Assembly: GCA_000708835.1 (NCBI GenBank)
Contig: DF237414.1
Location: 10,281-74,280, forward strand
Source of the DNA: Klebsormidium nitens
Lineage: Eukaryota > Plantae > Klebsormidiophyceae
Direction of reading: 5' to 3'
Length of the DNA stretch: 64,000 nucleotides
A program made the translations under genes and the position numbers. A model generated the notes under the pieces. It searched no databases. It had not been told where the DNA came from and worked only from the letters and a program-made list of their open reading frames with translations. This document shows, in pieces, positions 59,712 through 64,000 of the stretch. The stretch's first letter is position 1; the number at the start of each line of letters is the position of its first letter.

Positions 59712-62400
59712 CTACGTACTCTGAAGAAGCTCCAAGGACGTCCACAATTTTCCTCGGTGACCAAAAGGCTGGCTCTCCGGATACAACACCTCTGCAATCA
59801 CCTCTAGCGACTCGACGAGCGTCGGGCCCGGCCTCGAGAACAATTTCGCTGCGTTCACTACTGCCATCGCCAACTTTCCGACCTTGACTCTTTCCACGTG
59901 CTCCAAGATCCCTCGTTTCGCGGCGCTCGTGACCTCCTTCACAGACTGTTTCAAATCGCACCCGCAGATCGCAAAGATAACTACCTCTGGCCGTACTTCG
60001 GTTAGCGACTCCTCGGTTAAGGCAACTGACGGGCCCCCTGCCTCAGCCGCAACCGACTCGCCCCCGGCCAGGCTCAACAATTCCGGCACCCACGCGCCGG
60101 CCGCAAACAACGGGTCCATCCACTGCAAGCACAGCACCCGCCGCTTTTGCCGGCCTTTCGCTAACCCCTGCACTAACCGGATTCTGTCCTTCATCTGCTC
60201 CACTGCGACTCTCCCTTTCTCTGGTTCGTGTAGAGCGTTCGCCACTTGTAGAAAGTCCCCCCAGACGTCCTCTAAGTTTTGGGGGTCCATGTGGACGATC
60301 CGGACCGGCTTGCCGACGCATTCGGACAACCGGTCGCCGACTTCCGATTGGTCAAGCGCGCCGTGGCCGGTTTGTACCTGCAGAATGTGTGGTACTCTCT
60401 CCGATTCTGTCTTCATATCGGTGTGCGCGAGCTTTTCGAAGATTTTTGAGACGCAGCAAAGGTGGGCGAATCAAAGATGAGACGACTGTATCAAGTTTGA
60501 GCGAGAGTCGCGGATGATGGATCAATTCAACTACTTCCAACAGCCCTGCTTCAAGAAAGCGAGCACACCGGTCTCGAAACAGGAGACAAAGTCGTCTGTT
60601 CCTAGGCAAGGACTCTTCTGACATCGTTGTACGGTGCTGTCAACTTCTTTCTGCCTGTACTTAACCATCCTCATGTAATCGGACCTTCCCAACGTCAAGT
60701 CAGAAAGGACGCGCCCCCTGTTCGTTGAAAAGCAGCTACATAAAGGACATGCTCCTGCACATTGATTGACGATCACAATGTCATTACCTCGACTCAGGAA
60801 AGAGGGGTAAAGACAGCTTTTCATGTTAAAACTGTTCAAATCAAAGTGCGCACCTGCGTTAGAACGACATCCGGCTGGAGCTCTCGAATTAAACGCGGGT
60901 CGGTTCGGTACGGCGACAGGCCCCACTCCACCGCGGCAGCCGCCTGGGGGCCCATCCCAAAGGCGGCTTCCCAAAGGCCTGCGCCAGAGGTGCTGTTTGC
61001 ATCATGGATCTCCCGACTGGACAGCTGATCAGGTTCGCCGAAGCGGGACTCGGTGCAGGACGGCACAGAAAGGCAGCCCTCAGCATCGCACTGCAGAGAT
61101 GAGGGGACGATATTTACTCCAAACCCTGCCTTGCTCGGAAACCCTTTCTTTATGTTGCCTTTCTTGATCTCTCTCCTTCTTTCCTGCCTCTCTCTTGTTT
61201 TCTATATTCCATCCTAATTACGTCAACAAGTGGATAAGATTGTTCATGAAGGTGGGATGAAATGATAAAGGAGAAGAGTGTTATTTTGGGACCCAGAAAA
61301 AAGATTGTGTGGAGAAGGGGCCTTGCCTATAAAGTATCATCACACTCTTTTTGGATGTCAAAGGAACAGCAACGGGACTCAGCAATGACAGCTTGCGGAC
61401 AGAACAACAAAAGACTGCAAGCAGAAGCTTCGAACCAAACACAGAAGAAAGCATGAACGTCAGAATCAAAGTCGCTGCATGACGAAGGACTAGAAGGCAG
61501 CCTGTGGGGCCATGTATGTGGCTTTCCATAGCGATACTTTAAGAGAGTACTCTAAACGTCGATGGAGACCACAGATTGGGATCATTGGCGCAAGGTTGCA
61601 GACAAAATGGAAAGGGGCAAGCTGGGAGGGCATCTTTGCCTTGCAAAGGTTGGCTGTTGAAAGGGAGCCAAACCACACGATTCTCAGGAGTACTTAAACA
61701 AGCGTAAGCTAAACTGAGGACGAAGTCACTACTAAAATCTAAACCCAAACTTTTGACCTGTTCTGCACCCGTGCCCACACTAAAACCCCTTACTAACCCC
61801 ACCCCGTCCCAGTATTATAACATTAACTTATCATATTTGATTCAGGGACCAGTCTGTACAACCACCACTTTGAACAACTAAGTTATTCATGAGAAACAAA
61901 GTTTATGCAAAGCAAACTTACAATCATGTGAAAAAATGCTGTATCGGAGCACATTTATTCCAGCTGATAAGCCTGTAATGTTTATAAACCCCTAGTCGAC
62001 CCTCCAAACTTAAAGGGCACGACAGTCTTTTCGGGCGCTTGCGTGGCTATTTCACTTACTGAGCAGGGTGACGTGCCCCGAGACAAGTGGCACCACTAAG
62101 GCGCTTGTAGTATGAACCTCCTCAAAGAAGGGCACTTCTTTTTTGAGAATGGCACTCCTCATCCCCTGAAAACGGACCCTCTCCAAACATGATTATGTAT
62201 CCAAGAATGGGCAAAAGGGCAATTCTTGCTGGACCTCACAACTCACAAAAGAAAACTGGAGCCTGAATCGCATGGCACCCAGCGCTTACCTCGTGCGACC
62301 GGCCAACCAACAAATGAGAGAGGCCCAGACATTGCACTATGTCGGTTGCTGCTGGGAGCAATGAGAGAACGCGGAGACGCTGCGGCTGAGCGCCCGCCAT
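59712..62400 (-). CDS. BtuF/TroA-like class III substrate-binding protein (cobalamin or iron-siderophore ABC-type), about 337 aa, no signal peptide
   Basis: Exons 62290-62400, 60854-61090, 59712-60377, all phase 0. Motifs LRVLSLLPAATDIVQCLGL..LVGRSHE|CD, LIRELQPDVVLTQ, P..LEDVWGDF, RVLCLQWMDPLFAAGAWVPELLSLAGG, PEVVIFAICG, FSRPGPTLVESLEVIAEVL match the bacterial BtuF-like family pattern. Confidence 0.88.
61704..61830. mobile_element. Diverged second copy of the small TA-flanked MITE seen at 2582-2717, inside intron 1 of the BtuF-like gene
   Basis: CTAAAATCTAAACCCAAA...TGCACCCG...TACTAACCCCACCCCGTCCCAGTATTATAACATTAACTTA aligns with 2625-2717 (CTAAAAACCTAAACCCAAA...CGCACCCG...TACTAACCCTACCCGTCCCAGTACTAAACATTGAGCTTA). 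TIRs are eroded. Confidence 0.6.
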
Positions 62401-62577
62401 TTTCTAAATCAGTGCACCCTGCCTTGTTTTAGTAAGTTGTAACTTGTAGCGCACCCTTGAAAATCGTGAAAATCCTGCCAATGCCAGTGCCAGTGGTCCG
62501 CGGCCACGCGAGCACATCATGATCCAAACACGACTTTGATTGAAACTTAGGGGCGATTCGCACCCGCAGCATTTTAA

Positions 62578-63713
62578 CCCTTTAACAGCGGGGTAAAACC
62601 CGTCAGAATCGCCGTACTTGATTTTTATCGATAATCGCAAAAAATCGATTTGACCGTTCGATCGACGAACCTCGCGCGATCGGACGGCGCCGATCGGAAA
62701 ATTTGACGGACCGGCGCGCCGGCCGGTGACGGTTCGGAATCGAGCGATATCGAGGCTGCGAGCTTCCGGCCAACGAGCAGCCTACCCTCTGCTGTTCCAA
62801 GGCCTTTCCGACCAGGCCAACGAAGATTCCCTGCAAGTCACCTTGGGCCCAGGCTCCGGAGGCCTTGTTGCTACTGTTGCCTCGGACACGGTGACCGGTG
62901 AAGGCTGGGGCAACCATAAGCAACAGTTATAAGAGCAACACACCTGAACATAGGTATAAGCTTGTTACGATCTGCTATTGTTTGTTGCTCATAGCTTCTG
63001 CTGCAGCGCGCCCGCGCGCCGCGTTCGCCGTGTTGCCTTTGCTGAAAACGGGGCCTCTCCGCTGCTTCCAAGGGTTTGCAATGTTGCTTATGTAGTTGCA
63101 GTCTGCGCCAGTCTGTTACGTTTTAGGCCCCATTTCTATTGTTGCCCTTTTTACCATTTTGCCAGGGAAAAGGGCAACAAGATAACGGAAGCCTGCACCC
63201 GTAGACTACGGTAGTTCTCGACTGCTCGTAGAGTCGAAACAGAGGGCCCCGTTGTTGGAATGTTGCCTCCCAGTCACAAGCCTACCTGGACGGTCAAGAT
63301 TGAATGACTGGTGTTGCCCTGCTGTGCGGATGATTGACACATGGCAACAAGCTCTAGCACAGCTCCCCCCCACTAAACCATCATGGACGGTCGGCCAGAG
63401 GACCCGGGCAGAGACGTAGCCCTGGACCTGGCGGCAACAACACCCGGATAAGACCCGGATGTTGCCCGGTTGGCCCCTGCAGACCTGTTGCCTTGGGCAA
63501 CAACACAGGCAGCAGTATACTGGGGGGTCAGCTTCGTATATGGGCCCGGACCCCCCGGAAAATTTTAGTTGCATTTTTTATATTTTAATATTGGGTCGTT
63601 GAAACATTATATGAACAGCTGGGGCCATTTGTGGTAATTTGGAGGCCGTAGCGCACGAATATAACCATGGGGTTGCAAATAGGCAACAAAAGGCAACACC
63701 CGCTGTTAAAGGG
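62578..63713. mobile_element. piggyBac-like non-autonomous element, 1136 bp
   Basis: Perfect 15-bp TIR CCCTTTAACAGCGGG (62578-62592 and 63699-63713) with a TTAA duplication at 62574-62577 and 63714-63717. No transposase ORF; many GCAACA/TGTTGC motifs inside. Confidence 0.85.
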
Positions 63714-63717
63714 TTAA

Positions 63718-64000
63718 TTTTCCGATAAGCTTCTTATCGGAAAGGTAAAGTTTAACTTTCCGATAAGTCCTTATCGGTGTCTTGCTTATCGGAAAGTCAC
63801 GCCGATCCGATAAGGAATTCTGGCCGTTATCGGAAAGTGATAAATTTACCTTTCCGATAACCTTATCGGATCGGCGCAAAACTCGGGTAACTTTCCGATA
63901 ACTCCTTAATACTTATCGGTGCTTTGCTTATCGGAAAGTCACGCCGATCCGATAAGAATCCTATAAGCTTCCCAATCGGGATTTCGATAATAAAATTTCG
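63718..64000. repeat. Array of CCGATAAG/CTTATCGG motifs in both orientations, probably the subterminal region of a DNA transposon starting at about 62550; continues beyond the window
   Basis: More than 10 copies of (TT)CCGATAA(G) or its reverse complement. Hairpin TTTCCGATAAG-CTT-CTTATCGGAAA at 63719-63743. A 60-70 bp block is duplicated at about 63755 and 63890. Confidence 0.85.

Overview
Intron-rich eukaryotic nuclear DNA with GC-rich exons and GT-AG introns. The gene content and style suggest a streptophyte alga such as Klebsormidium (inference). The six-frame ORF track is mostly exon fragments and antisense shadows, so I rebuilt the spliced models by hand and checked exon phases. Twelve genes result: RPL5 (-, partial), a GT8 glycosyltransferase (+), a triple RanBP2-type zinc-finger protein (-), a WAC-DDT-WHIM chromatin protein (+), a TPR protein (-), a Werner-like DEDDy exonuclease with a C-terminal HTH (-), a SAM methyltransferase (+), a small membrane protein (-), a SAC1-family phosphoinositide phosphatase (-), a large protein that appears to join an RNase H1/viroplasmin-type hybrid-binding domain to five EsV-1-7-type Cys/His repeats (+), a putative plastid membrane protein (+) and a BtuF/TroA-like substrate-binding protein (-). 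Two nested non-autonomous DNA-transposon complexes are present. At 2.6-3.2 kb a TTA-flanked Harbinger-like MITE sits inside the terminal repeat of a TA-flanked MITE. At 62.5-64 kb a TTAA-flanked piggyBac-like element sits inside a probable Harbinger-like end with a CCGATAAG array. The main unexplained pattern is a set of at least ten clusters of degenerate 'echo' copies of exon ends in adjacent introns of three genes, spaced about 85-225 bp apart, often keeping their splice dinucleotides and usually decaying with distance from the real exon.
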